Below, piece by piece: positions 43,431 to 51,140 of a DNA stretch of 64,000 bases; within the stretch, counting starts at the first letter, position 1; each line of letters begins with the position of its first letter. The notes under the pieces were generated by a model. It searched no databases, was not told the DNA's origin, and saw only the letters and a list, made by a program, of their open reading frames with translations. This DNA is from Patescibacteria group bacterium (GTDB taxonomy: Bacteria; Patescibacteriota; Patescibacteriia; Patescibacteriales; UBA12465), in NCBI GenBank assembly GCA_041651195.1, contig JBAZJR010000004.1, forward strand, positions 26,848 to 90,847. Reading direction: 5' to 3'. The position numbers were made by a program, and so were the translations under genes.

Positions 43431-45515
43431 ATGTCTGAAGCCATCAGCAAAGTAATCAAGCGGTCCGGCGAAATTGTTGACTTTAACCAGGCGAAGATCG
43501 TCCAGGCGATTTATAAGGCTGGGGTCGCGGCGGGCACAGATGATCATCATCTGGCGAAAAAATTAACCGATCAAGTAGTCTTGCGCGTCAATCAGAAATT
43601 CCACAAATCGAGCATCCCGGCTGTCGAAGAGATCCAAGATATCGTGGAAGAGGTGTTGATTGATAATAAATTGATCAAGGCGGCTAAGGCTTATATCTTA
43701 TATCGTGATCAGCATCGGCAGCTACGCGATATCAGCGCCGCGACTTCCGACAATAAATTAATGGAAGATTATCTGGGTCGGGCGGACTGGCGTTTAAAAG
43801 AGAACAGCAACATGAGTTTTTCCGTCCAAGGCCTGAATAATTACATTGCTTCTTCAATTTCGGCGCGCTATTGGCTAAATAAGATGTATCCGGAAAACAT
43901 CCGCCAGGCGCATGTGAACGCTGATTTTCATATCCACGATTTGGGTTTGCTCGCTCCGTATTGTTGTGGCTGGGATTTGAAAGACCTGCTGATCAAAGGT
44001 TTTCGCGGTGTGAATGAGAAAGTCCAGAGCAGCCCGCCGAAGCATTTCCGCAGCGCGCTCGGACAGATCATTAACTTTTTCTATACTATGCAGGGCGAAG
44101 CGGCGGGCGCGCAAGCTTTCGCTAATTTTGATACTTATTTAGCGCCGTTTATTCGTTATGATAAGCTAAGCTATAAGGAAGTGAAGCAGGGCTTACAGGA
44201 ATTCATGTTCAATATCAATGTGCCGACCCGCGTCGGTTTCCAGACCCCTTTTACTAATGTCACCCTGGACGTCACTCCCTCGCCCTTGATCGGTGAAGAG
44301 AACGTGATTATCGGCGGCGAGATCAAGCCGGAAAAATATAAAGATTTCCAGGCAGAAATGGATATATTCAACCAGGCTTTCGCCGAAGTGATGATCGCCG
44401 GCGATTCAACCGGCCGGGTTTTTGGTTTTCCGATACCGACTTATTGCATTGATAAGGATTTTGACTGGGATCGTGAATGTTTGAAGCCGGCCTGGGAGAT
44501 GACCGCTAAATATGGTATCCCTTATTTTTCTAATTTCGTTAATTCTGATATGAAGCGCGATGACGCTCGTTCGATGTGCTGCCGCTTGCGGCTGGATAAT
44601 CGGGAATTGCGCAAGCGCGGCGGCGGCTTGTTCGGAGCCAATCCTTTGACCGGTTCGATCGGCGTCGTGACGATCAATCTCCCGCGCCTCGGCTATTTAT
44701 CAAAAACTAAAGAGGAATTCAAGGATCGCCTTCTTAGACTGATGGAATTATCTAGGGACAGCCTAGAGATCAAGCGCAAGATCATTGAAAAGTTTACTGA
44801 AGATCGCCTTTATCCTTACTCAATGCATTATTTAGGCGATATTAAAGAACGCTTTGGCTCTTATTGGAAAAACCATTTTTCTACTATCGGTATCAATGGC
44901 ATGAATGAGGCGGCGCTTAATTTGATGGGCAAGGATCTAGCGACGCCAGAGGGGCGGGCTTTCGCCGCCGAGATTTTAGATTTCATGAGAGAGAAATTGA
45001 TGGATTTCCAGAATGATACGAATAGTCTTTATAATCTTGAGGCAACGCCGGCTGAAGGTACGACCTATCGTTTCGCTAAGAAGGATCAGGAGCTTTACCC
45101 GGGTATTATTTGTGCTAATAGCGAAGCGGTGCAAACACAGGGTGCCCCCGCATATTATACTAATTCTACCCATCTGCACGTCAGTTTCACCGACGATATC
45201 TTTTCCGCTTTGGATTTGCAGGATGATTTACAGGTTAAATATACCGGCGGCACGGTTTTGCATGGTTTCTTAGGAGAACGCCTGCCAGACGGAGAAACAG
45301 CTAAAAAACTGGTCAAGAAGATAGTGGAGAATTATCGTTTGCCTTATTTTACGATCACGCCGACTTTCTCGATTTGTCCTAAGCATGGCTATCTATCCGG
45401 CGAGCATAAATATTGTCCGAAATGCGATGAAGAAATCGGTTATCGCGAGGATGTTCCCGAGCCTGATCAGGCCGGCTTAGCTACTAGCCAGGCAGAAGGA
45501 TCAGTTAATTTATAA
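43431..45515 (+). CDS. nrdD: Anaerobic ribonucleoside-triphosphate reductase (class III) large body, lacking the glycyl-radical C-terminus
   Basis: An N-terminal ATP-cone is followed by the NrdD core (HIHDL, FGANPLTGSIGVVTINLPR) and a C-terminal zinc-ribbon region (CPKHG..CPKC). The ORF then ends with a non-conserved tail and has no RxxG[YW] radical loop. Confidence 0.9.
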   Translation: MSEAISKVIKRSGEIVDFNQAKIVQAIYKAGVAAGTDDHHLAKKLTDQVVLRVNQKFHKSSIPAVEEIQDIVEEVLIDNKLIKAAKAYILYRDQHRQLRDISAATSDNKLMEDYLGRADWRLKENSNMSFSVQGLNNYIASSISARYWLNKMYPENIRQAHVNADFHIHDLGLLAPYCCGWDLKDLLIKGFRGVNEKVQSSPPKHFRSALGQIINFFYTMQGEAAGAQAFANFDTYLAPFIRYDKLSYKEVKQGLQEFMFNINVPTRVGFQTPFTNVTLDVTPSPLIGEENVIIGGEIKPEKYKDFQAEMDIFNQAFAEVMIAGDSTGRVFGFPIPTYCIDKDFDWDRECLKPAWEMTAKYGIPYFSNFVNSDMKRDDARSMCCRLRLDNRELRKRGGGLFGANPLTGSIGVVTINLPRLGYLSKTKEEFKDRLLRLMELSRDSLEIKRKIIEKFTEDRLYPYSMHYLGDIKERFGSYWKNHFSTIGINGMNEAALNLMGKDLATPEGRAFAAEILDFMREKLMDFQNDTNSLYNLEATPAEGTTYRFAKKDQELYPGIICANSEAVQTQGAPAYYTNSTHLHVSFTDDIFSALDLQDDLQVKYTGGTVLHGFLGERLPDGETAKKLVKKIVENYRLPYFTITPTFSICPKHGYLSGEHKYCPKCDEEIGYREDVPEPDQAGLATSQAEGSVNL

Positions 45516-45535
45516 TTATTTATAATCATAAAAAT

Positions 45536-45673
45536 ATGAGCCCTATCAAAGTCTCTCGGCAGGAATGTCTAGTCTATAGCCGTGTCGTCGGCTGGCTGAC
45601 GCCGACTAAAAATTGGAATCTCGGCAAACAGAGCGAATACGTCGATCGCAAGCCGTATCAGTCTAATAATTAA
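45536..45673 (+). CDS. 45-codon ORF encoding the NrdD glycyl-radical segment (not in the ORF track)
   Basis: The hand translation is MSPIKVSRQECLVYSRVVGWLTPTKNWNLGKQSEYVDRKPYQSNN. This is the canonical NrdD C-terminal glycyl-radical pattern. It is in a different frame from nrdD, 20 nt after its stop. Confidence 0.7.
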   Translation: MSPIKVSRQECLVYSRVVGWLTPTKNWNLGKQSEYVDRKPYQSNN

Positions 45674-45687
45674 ACCAATTTAATCTT

Positions 45688-46413
45688 ATGATAATCGGCG
45701 GTTTAGAGAAGTTGACTCTTCTCGACTACCCCGACCACCTAGCGGCCATCATCTTTACTCAAGGTTGTAATTTCCGATGCCACTTTTGCTATAACCCCTT
45801 GCTTGTCCTGCTCCATCAGGGAAAGGACGAAAAAATAAAAAAGGAAAAAGGTTTGTCTCCGCTGTCCCCGCAAAACCTTTTTCCTTTTTTAACTGAGAGG
45901 TTTGGCCGCTTGGAAGGGGTAGTGATTACCGGCGGGGAGCCGACTTTGCATCCCGATCTGCCGGAGTTTATCAAGGCGATCAAGGATATCGGCTATTTGG
46001 TCAAGCTGGACACTAATGGCACTAATCCGAATATGTTGTCGCGCCTTATCAAAGCGAAATTAATTGATTATATCGCGATGGATCTGAAAGCCCCTCTGGA
46101 TAAGTATGAAACAGTAGTCGGCGCGCCGGTCAACTGTAAAGATTTGCAAAAAAGTGTTAAAATTATAATGGCGAGCGGCTTACCCTATGAATTCAGGACT
46201 ACGGTCGTTCCCGGCCTTTTAGAGCGCGACGATTTTGCCAAGATGGGCGAGATTATCAAGGGGGCTAGTAAATGGTATCTGCAGAATTTCAAGTCTGATA
46301 CCGATTTGGTCAATACGGCTTATCGCGCTAAATCTGCCTATAATAGCCGCGAGATGGCCGAATTTGCCGCCATCGGGAAAGCTTACGTCGATCTATGCGC
46401 GGTGCGCGGCTAA
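45688..46413 (+). CDS. nrdG: Anaerobic ribonucleotide reductase activating protein (radical SAM)
   Basis: Conserved segments are LTLLDYPDHLAAIIFTQGCNFRCHFCYNP (CxxxCxxC) and GVVITGGEPTL. Confidence 0.9.
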   Translation: MIIGGLEKLTLLDYPDHLAAIIFTQGCNFRCHFCYNPLLVLLHQGKDEKIKKEKGLSPLSPQNLFPFLTERFGRLEGVVITGGEPTLHPDLPEFIKAIKDIGYLVKLDTNGTNPNMLSRLIKAKLIDYIAMDLKAPLDKYETVVGAPVNCKDLQKSVKIIMASGLPYEFRTTVVPGLLERDDFAKMGEIIKGASKWYLQNFKSDTDLVNTAYRAKSAYNSREMAEFAAIGKAYVDLCAVRG

Positions 46414-46453
46414 CCAGGAAGAATCAGTCTAATCAGATAAATATCTTGATCAT

Positions 46454-48286
46454 ATGAGAGATGTGGCGGTATTTGCCCAGACAACTTATCGGAACGAATC
46501 GAAAAGATTCGGCATCAAAACCGACGACCGTCGCCGGCATATGTATTTAGTGGGGAAAACCGGCATGGGCAAGTCGACGATCCTGGAGAATATGATCGTT
46601 GACGATATACGCGCCGGCCACGGTGTCGCGGTAGTTGATCCGCATGGCGATTTGGCGGAAAAGATCATTGAATTTATTCCAGCTAACCGGATTAATGATG
46701 TCGTCTATTTTAATCCTTCGGATATAAACTACCCGATCGCTTTTAATGTGGTCGAACAGGTGGAGCCGCATCTGCGCCATCTAGTCGCTTCCGGATTGAT
46801 CGGGGTTTTTCAGAAACTTTGGGCTGATTCCTGGGGACCGCGTTTAGAATATATCTTGCGTAATGCGATCCTGGCGATTTTAGATTTCCCAGGCTCTACT
46901 CTCATGGGCGTCGTCCGTATGCTCTCAGATAAGAATTACCGCAAACGGGTCGTAGCCAATATTAAAGATCCGGTCGTCAAGGCCTTTTGGGAAAAAGAAT
47001 TTTCTGGTTACGCTGATAAGTTCGCCTCCGAAGCGGTGTCGCCTATTCAGAATAAGGTCGGACAATTTTTGTCCAATTCTTTGATGCGTAATATTATCGG
47101 CCAAGTAAAATCAGCCATTGATATCCGCGACATTATGGATAATGGGAAGATTATCATTATGAATTTATCCAAAGGCCGTATCGGCGAGGATAATTCGGCT
47201 CTCTTGGGCGCGATGATGATCACTAAGATCCAGCTCGCGGCGATGAGCCGGGTAGACGTGCCGGAGCAGGAACGGCGTGATTTTTATTTGTATATCGATG
47301 AATTCCAAAATTTTTCCACGGACAGTTTTGCTAATATCTTATCAGAAGCCCGTAAATATCGATTGAATCTGATCTTGGCGCATCAGTATATAGAACAATT
47401 AAGCGAGAAAGTAAAGCCGGCCGTTTTCGGCAATGTCGGCACGATGGTCGTCTTCCGGGTCGGCGCGGCTGACGCCGAGGAGCTGGTGAAAGAATTTACC
47501 CCGACTTTTACGGAGGAAGACTTGGTCAATTTGCCAAAATATGAAATGTATCTGAAATTGATGATCGATGGCATCTCTTCTTCGCCGTTTTCGGCTGCCG
47601 GTTTGCCGCCGCTCGCCAAAGAAGAGGAAACTGGCAATACCCAGAAAGTTATTGATTATTCCCGGCAAAAGTATGCCTCGGATCGCGCTTCCGTTGAAGA
47701 AAAGATTATGAGTTGGCATGAGAATGATGGCGGAGAACTTGCCCCGAGCGAAATTTCTTCAGTTAAAATAGCCAAGGTTATTACGGTGCCGCCGCCGAGC
47801 CGTCCTCCCTTGCCGAAAACCGTCCCCGCAACTCCAGCCGCCCGGCCGAAGCCGGCGGAGCCAGCCAGCCAGCCGAGCTTTACGCCCGCGCCGGCCAAAT
47901 CTAAAATAAAAAACGGCTATCCAGCGGTTTGTAATAGTTGCGGGCAGGAAACTATGACGGTTTTCCAGCCGGATGGTATCCGGCCGGTCTATTGCCGCGA
48001 CTGTTTGAGTAAAAAAAAAGAAGAAAAACGCCTTGAACTCGAAGCTCGTCAGCAAGCCAAGGAAAGAGAAAAGAGAGAATTCTTAGATATCGCTCCGCCG
48101 GCGTCTTCGTCGCCTACTCCCACTTTATCCCTAAATGATCTGAATCGCGTCGCGCCTCGAGATTTTCGGGGTCGGGAGATGAAGCTCAAGCCCGCCGCCC
48201 GCCCAGCCGCCGATACCGATGCCCACTACGAAGAAAAGGAACTAAAGGAGGGAGAGGCGGTCATCATTACCAATAATAATTTTTAG
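46454..48286 (+). CDS. Soluble T4SS coupling-protein-like (TraD/VirD4/HerA-class) P-loop ATPase with C-terminal Pro-rich linker and CxxC-x17-CxxC zinc ribbon
   Basis: It has Walker A GKTGMGKST, Walker B FYLYIDEFQNF and LILAHQYIEQL. There is no N-terminal TM. The C-terminus has CNSC-17 aa-CRDC followed by a K/E-rich segment. Confidence 0.85.
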   Translation: MRDVAVFAQTTYRNESKRFGIKTDDRRRHMYLVGKTGMGKSTILENMIVDDIRAGHGVAVVDPHGDLAEKIIEFIPANRINDVVYFNPSDINYPIAFNVVEQVEPHLRHLVASGLIGVFQKLWADSWGPRLEYILRNAILAILDFPGSTLMGVVRMLSDKNYRKRVVANIKDPVVKAFWEKEFSGYADKFASEAVSPIQNKVGQFLSNSLMRNIIGQVKSAIDIRDIMDNGKIIIMNLSKGRIGEDNSALLGAMMITKIQLAAMSRVDVPEQERRDFYLYIDEFQNFSTDSFANILSEARKYRLNLILAHQYIEQLSEKVKPAVFGNVGTMVVFRVGAADAEELVKEFTPTFTEEDLVNLPKYEMYLKLMIDGISSSPFSAAGLPPLAKEEETGNTQKVIDYSRQKYASDRASVEEKIMSWHENDGGELAPSEISSVKIAKVITVPPPSRPPLPKTVPATPAARPKPAEPASQPSFTPAPAKSKIKNGYPAVCNSCGQETMTVFQPDGIRPVYCRDCLSKKKEEKRLELEARQQAKEREKREFLDIAPPASSSPTPTLSLNDLNRVAPRDFRGREMKLKPAARPAADTDAHYEEKELKEGEAVIITNNNF

Positions 48287-48288
48287 TT

Positions 48289-48861
48289 ATGTATTTATTT
48301 TTCGATACGGAAACGACCGGCTTGCCCCGGAATTATCAAGCGCCGCTTGATGATTTTTTAAATTGGCCGCGGATCGTCCAGATCGCTTGGAGCTTATATG
48401 ATGCGGCGGGTAATCACTGGGAAAGTTTCAGCTATATCATTAAACCAGACGGCTTTGTCATCCCGTCGGAAGCGACCAAGATCCATCGGATATCGCAAGA
48501 ACGAGCCCTGGCGGAAGGCGTTAATCTGCGCTTAGCTTTGGAGCATTTTTTACGCGATGTCAGGAGCGCCAAGCAGCTAGTTGCCCATAACATCGATTTT
48601 GATGAGAAGATCGTCGGCGCTGAATTATTGCGAGAAAGATTAGACAATCCTTTGCCCGCCGCCAGCAAGATTTGTACGATGAAAAGCAGCGTCCAATATT
48701 GCCGGCTCCCGACAGCGCGCGGCGGCTATAAATGGCCGAACTTATCTGAACTTTATAATTGTCTTTTCGCTACCGGGTTCGCGGAGGCGCATGATGCCGT
48801 CTTCGACGTCAAGGCTTGCGCGGATTGCTTTTTTGAGCTAAAACGGAAAGGTATCGTTTAA
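48289..48861 (+). CDS. DEDDh 3'-5' exonuclease (DnaQ/epsilon-like)
   Basis: The Exo motifs are FFDTETTGL (Exo I), VAHNIDFDEKI (Exo II) and AHDAVFDV (Exo III). It starts 2 nt after the previous stop. Confidence 0.85.
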   Translation: MYLFFDTETTGLPRNYQAPLDDFLNWPRIVQIAWSLYDAAGNHWESFSYIIKPDGFVIPSEATKIHRISQERALAEGVNLRLALEHFLRDVRSAKQLVAHNIDFDEKIVGAELLRERLDNPLPAASKICTMKSSVQYCRLPTARGGYKWPNLSELYNCLFATGFAEAHDAVFDVKACADCFFELKRKGIV

Positions 48862-48864
48862 TTT

Positions 48865-50460
48865 ATGGCGCAGCCTATCAATTACCTGAAAATCGGCAAA
48901 GCGACCGATCTCGCCGGGCGGGATCGCCTAATTTATCGTCTTTTGGAAATTTTTCCGGGATTTTTATCGATTTTTTTGCTTCTTATCCTGACGATCCTGT
49001 CTTATTTCAAGCCGGTCCTCGTGGCCTATTTTATTATCGCTTTTGACGTTTATTGGCTTCTTTTGGTCATCTATATGGCCATTTTTTTGATTACTTCTTA
49101 TTATCGATTGCAGGCGGGCTTAAAGACCGATTGGCGGCAAAAATGCGCGGATCTGAAAAGCGAAAGCTTCGACCGGTCAATTCTCCCGCCGACCTCCTTG
49201 GCGCGGCAAGGAGTCTCAGCCGACGATCTGTGGCAGCTTATTATCTTGCCGAATGTCCATGAAGGGCCGGAGATCCTGCGGACTTGCCTCGCTTCTTTAG
49301 TAGATGACGGTTTTCCGACTGACCGGATGATCGTCGCCTTAGCGATCGAAGAGCGCGCGGGCGAAGCGGCGCGCGTGAAGGCAGAAACTATGCGGCAGGA
49401 ATTCGGCGCCCAGTTCGGCCGTTTTATCATCACCATCCATCCCGATACCCTGCCCGGCGAGTTGAAAGGGAAAGGAGCTAACCAGGCCTGGTCGGCCGGC
49501 ATCGTTAAGAGCCAGATCATCGATCAGGAAAAAATGGATTATGACAAGATCCTGGTCAGCGTTTTCGATATCGATACCGTCGTGCGGCCCGGTTATTTTT
49601 TCGCCCTGACTTATAAATTTTTGACCGTGCCCGACCCGTATCATACCAGCTATCAGCCGGTGCCGGTCTATCATAATAATATCTGGGACGCGCCCTTCTT
49701 TTCTCGCGTCGCGGCCTCTTCTAATACCTTCTGGCAGATGATCATGCAGATCAGGCAGGAAAGCCTGGTTACCTATTCCTCGCACTCCATGACCTGGCGG
49801 GCTTTAGTAGATATCGGTTTCTGGTCGACACAGAATGTTTCGGAAGATTCTCGGATCTTTTGGCATTGCCTCATGCATTATAACGGCCATTATCGGGTTG
49901 AACCGGTTTATTTCGAATTATCGATGGATGTGACGCACGACGAAAGCCTTTGGAAAACCGCGAAAAATCTTTATCGCCAGCAAAGGCGTTGGGCTTGGGG
50001 CGGCGAGAACATCCCTTATTTATTGTTTAACGCGGGTAAGCGTTGGCAGAATCAGGGATTAGACAAGGGCCGGATCATCAGCCATATTTTTATCCAGATT
50101 TATGGTTTTAACGCTTGGGCGACCAACGCCCTAATCATTGCCGTCATCGGCTGGTTGCCGATGCTTCTCGGCGGCGACCGCTTTAATTCTACGGTTTTGT
50201 CCGGCAATCTGCCTTCGATCACCCAGAATCTGATGAATATCGCGATGATCGGCTTAGTCTTATCCGCGACTATCTCCGCCCTCCTATTGCCGAAGAAGCC
50301 AGCTAAATATCATTTTTGGAAGAAGGCCCTGATGAGTCTGGAATGGCTGGCCGTGCCGGTGACTATTATCATTTTCGGCTCTATTCCTTGCTTAGAAGCG
50401 CAAATCCGCCTGATGTTCGGCAAATATATGGGTTTTTGGTGGACGCCGAAGAAACGTTGA
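48865..50460 (+). CDS. Membrane-embedded family 2 glycosyltransferase (processive synthase-like)
   Basis: It has N- and C-terminal TMs, a GT-A core with SVFDIDTV (DxD) and the QQRRWAWG (QxxRW) motif. Confidence 0.85.
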   Translation: MAQPINYLKIGKATDLAGRDRLIYRLLEIFPGFLSIFLLLILTILSYFKPVLVAYFIIAFDVYWLLLVIYMAIFLITSYYRLQAGLKTDWRQKCADLKSESFDRSILPPTSLARQGVSADDLWQLIILPNVHEGPEILRTCLASLVDDGFPTDRMIVALAIEERAGEAARVKAETMRQEFGAQFGRFIITIHPDTLPGELKGKGANQAWSAGIVKSQIIDQEKMDYDKILVSVFDIDTVVRPGYFFALTYKFLTVPDPYHTSYQPVPVYHNNIWDAPFFSRVAASSNTFWQMIMQIRQESLVTYSSHSMTWRALVDIGFWSTQNVSEDSRIFWHCLMHYNGHYRVEPVYFELSMDVTHDESLWKTAKNLYRQQRRWAWGGENIPYLLFNAGKRWQNQGLDKGRIISHIFIQIYGFNAWATNALIIAVIGWLPMLLGGDRFNSTVLSGNLPSITQNLMNIAMIGLVLSATISALLLPKKPAKYHFWKKALMSLEWLAVPVTIIIFGSIPCLEAQIRLMFGKYMGFWWTPKKR

Positions 50461-50506
50461 TCATTTTTATCGAAGCCGGGAATATTTTATGCTATACTGT
50501 TAAGTG

Positions 50507-50938
50507 ATGATAAAGAATAGAATATACCCCCGCATCCTGAATCCGGCGCCTGACGCGCCAGTTCATAATTTTTTTTATCGCCTGGTTTCCAGCCAGCGTT
50601 TTTTAGCGATTATTGGCCTGGTTTTTTTAGTGGTCATCATCTTTCCGCTCGCCAGGACCTATAGCCAGCGCCGTTTGGTAGAGCAAGAAATAGCGGATGT
50701 CCAGGCTCAGATCCAAGACTTTGAAAGCCAGAATCAGCAGCTTAAAGACCTGATCACTTATTTGCAGTCCGATCAGTCCTTAGAAGAGCAGGCGCGCTTG
50801 AATCTTAATCTAAAAAAGCCCGGCGAAGCAGTAGTCGTCGTGGAAAATAAGATAGCGGGCGTTAATGAGATCGCGGCCGCCACGGCCGATTCCGCGGAAG
50901 GGAATCTGGCGAAGTGGTGGCACTATTTCTTCGATTGA
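50507..50938 (+). CDS. FtsB/DivIC-like septum formation initiator (TM + coiled coil)
   Basis: It has a single TM (FLAIIGLVFLVVIIFPL) followed by the heptad-rich IADVQAQIQDFESQNQQLKDLITYLQ and EEQARLNLNLKKPGE. The start is GTG 50504 or ATG 50507. Confidence 0.6.
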   Translation: MIKNRIYPRILNPAPDAPVHNFFYRLVSSQRFLAIIGLVFLVVIIFPLARTYSQRRLVEQEIADVQAQIQDFESQNQQLKDLITYLQSDQSLEEQARLNLNLKKPGEAVVVVENKIAGVNEIAAATADSAEGNLAKWWHYFFD

Positions 50939-51010
50939 GCCGAGAAGGGGATTCGGACCCCTGACCTACGCGTTACGAGTGCGTTGCTCTACCAGCTGAG
51001 CTATCTCGGC
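50939..51010 (-). tRNA. tRNA-Thr (anticodon CGT)
   Basis: A hand-folded cloverleaf gives acceptor GCCGAGA/TCTCGGC, D arm GCTC-AGCTGGTA-GAGC, anticodon loop CTCGTAA and T arm AGGGG-TCCGAAT-CCCCT. No CCA is encoded. The 3' end abuts the TGA of the convergent CDS. Confidence 0.88.
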
Positions 51011-51015
51011 ACGGG

Positions 51016-51087
51016 AGCGGGTGAGCGGAATCGGACCGCCTTCCTCAGCTTGGGAAGCTGATGTAATAACCATTATACGACACCCGC
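51016..51087 (-). tRNA. tRNA-Gly (anticodon CCC)
   Basis: A hand-folded cloverleaf gives acceptor GCGGGTG/CACCCGC, anticodon arm TCAGC-TTCCCAA-GCTGA and T arm GGCGG-TCCGATT-CCGCT. No CCA is encoded. It lies 5 nt from tRNA-Thr. Confidence 0.85.
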
Positions 51088-51140
51088 GTATTCGTGTAGA
51101 TATTATAGAATTATTAAATCATTTTAGTCAATCAGTATTT

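Noticed and set aside
45504-45515. A programmed -1 ribosomal frameshift joining nrdD to the glycyl-radical ORF.
   Set aside because: There is no X XXY YYZ slippery heptamer in the only 4-nt window where a shift could work (45509-45512). I saw no obvious downstream stimulatory structure. A sequencing indel cannot be excluded from sequence alone, so this is reported as a finding with that caveat.
51021-51140. The N-terminal 40-codon extension (GTG start) of the DD-carboxypeptidase ORF in the track.
   Set aside because: The extension is the reverse complement of tRNA-Gly and its upstream spacer. The signal peptide begins at ATG 51141.
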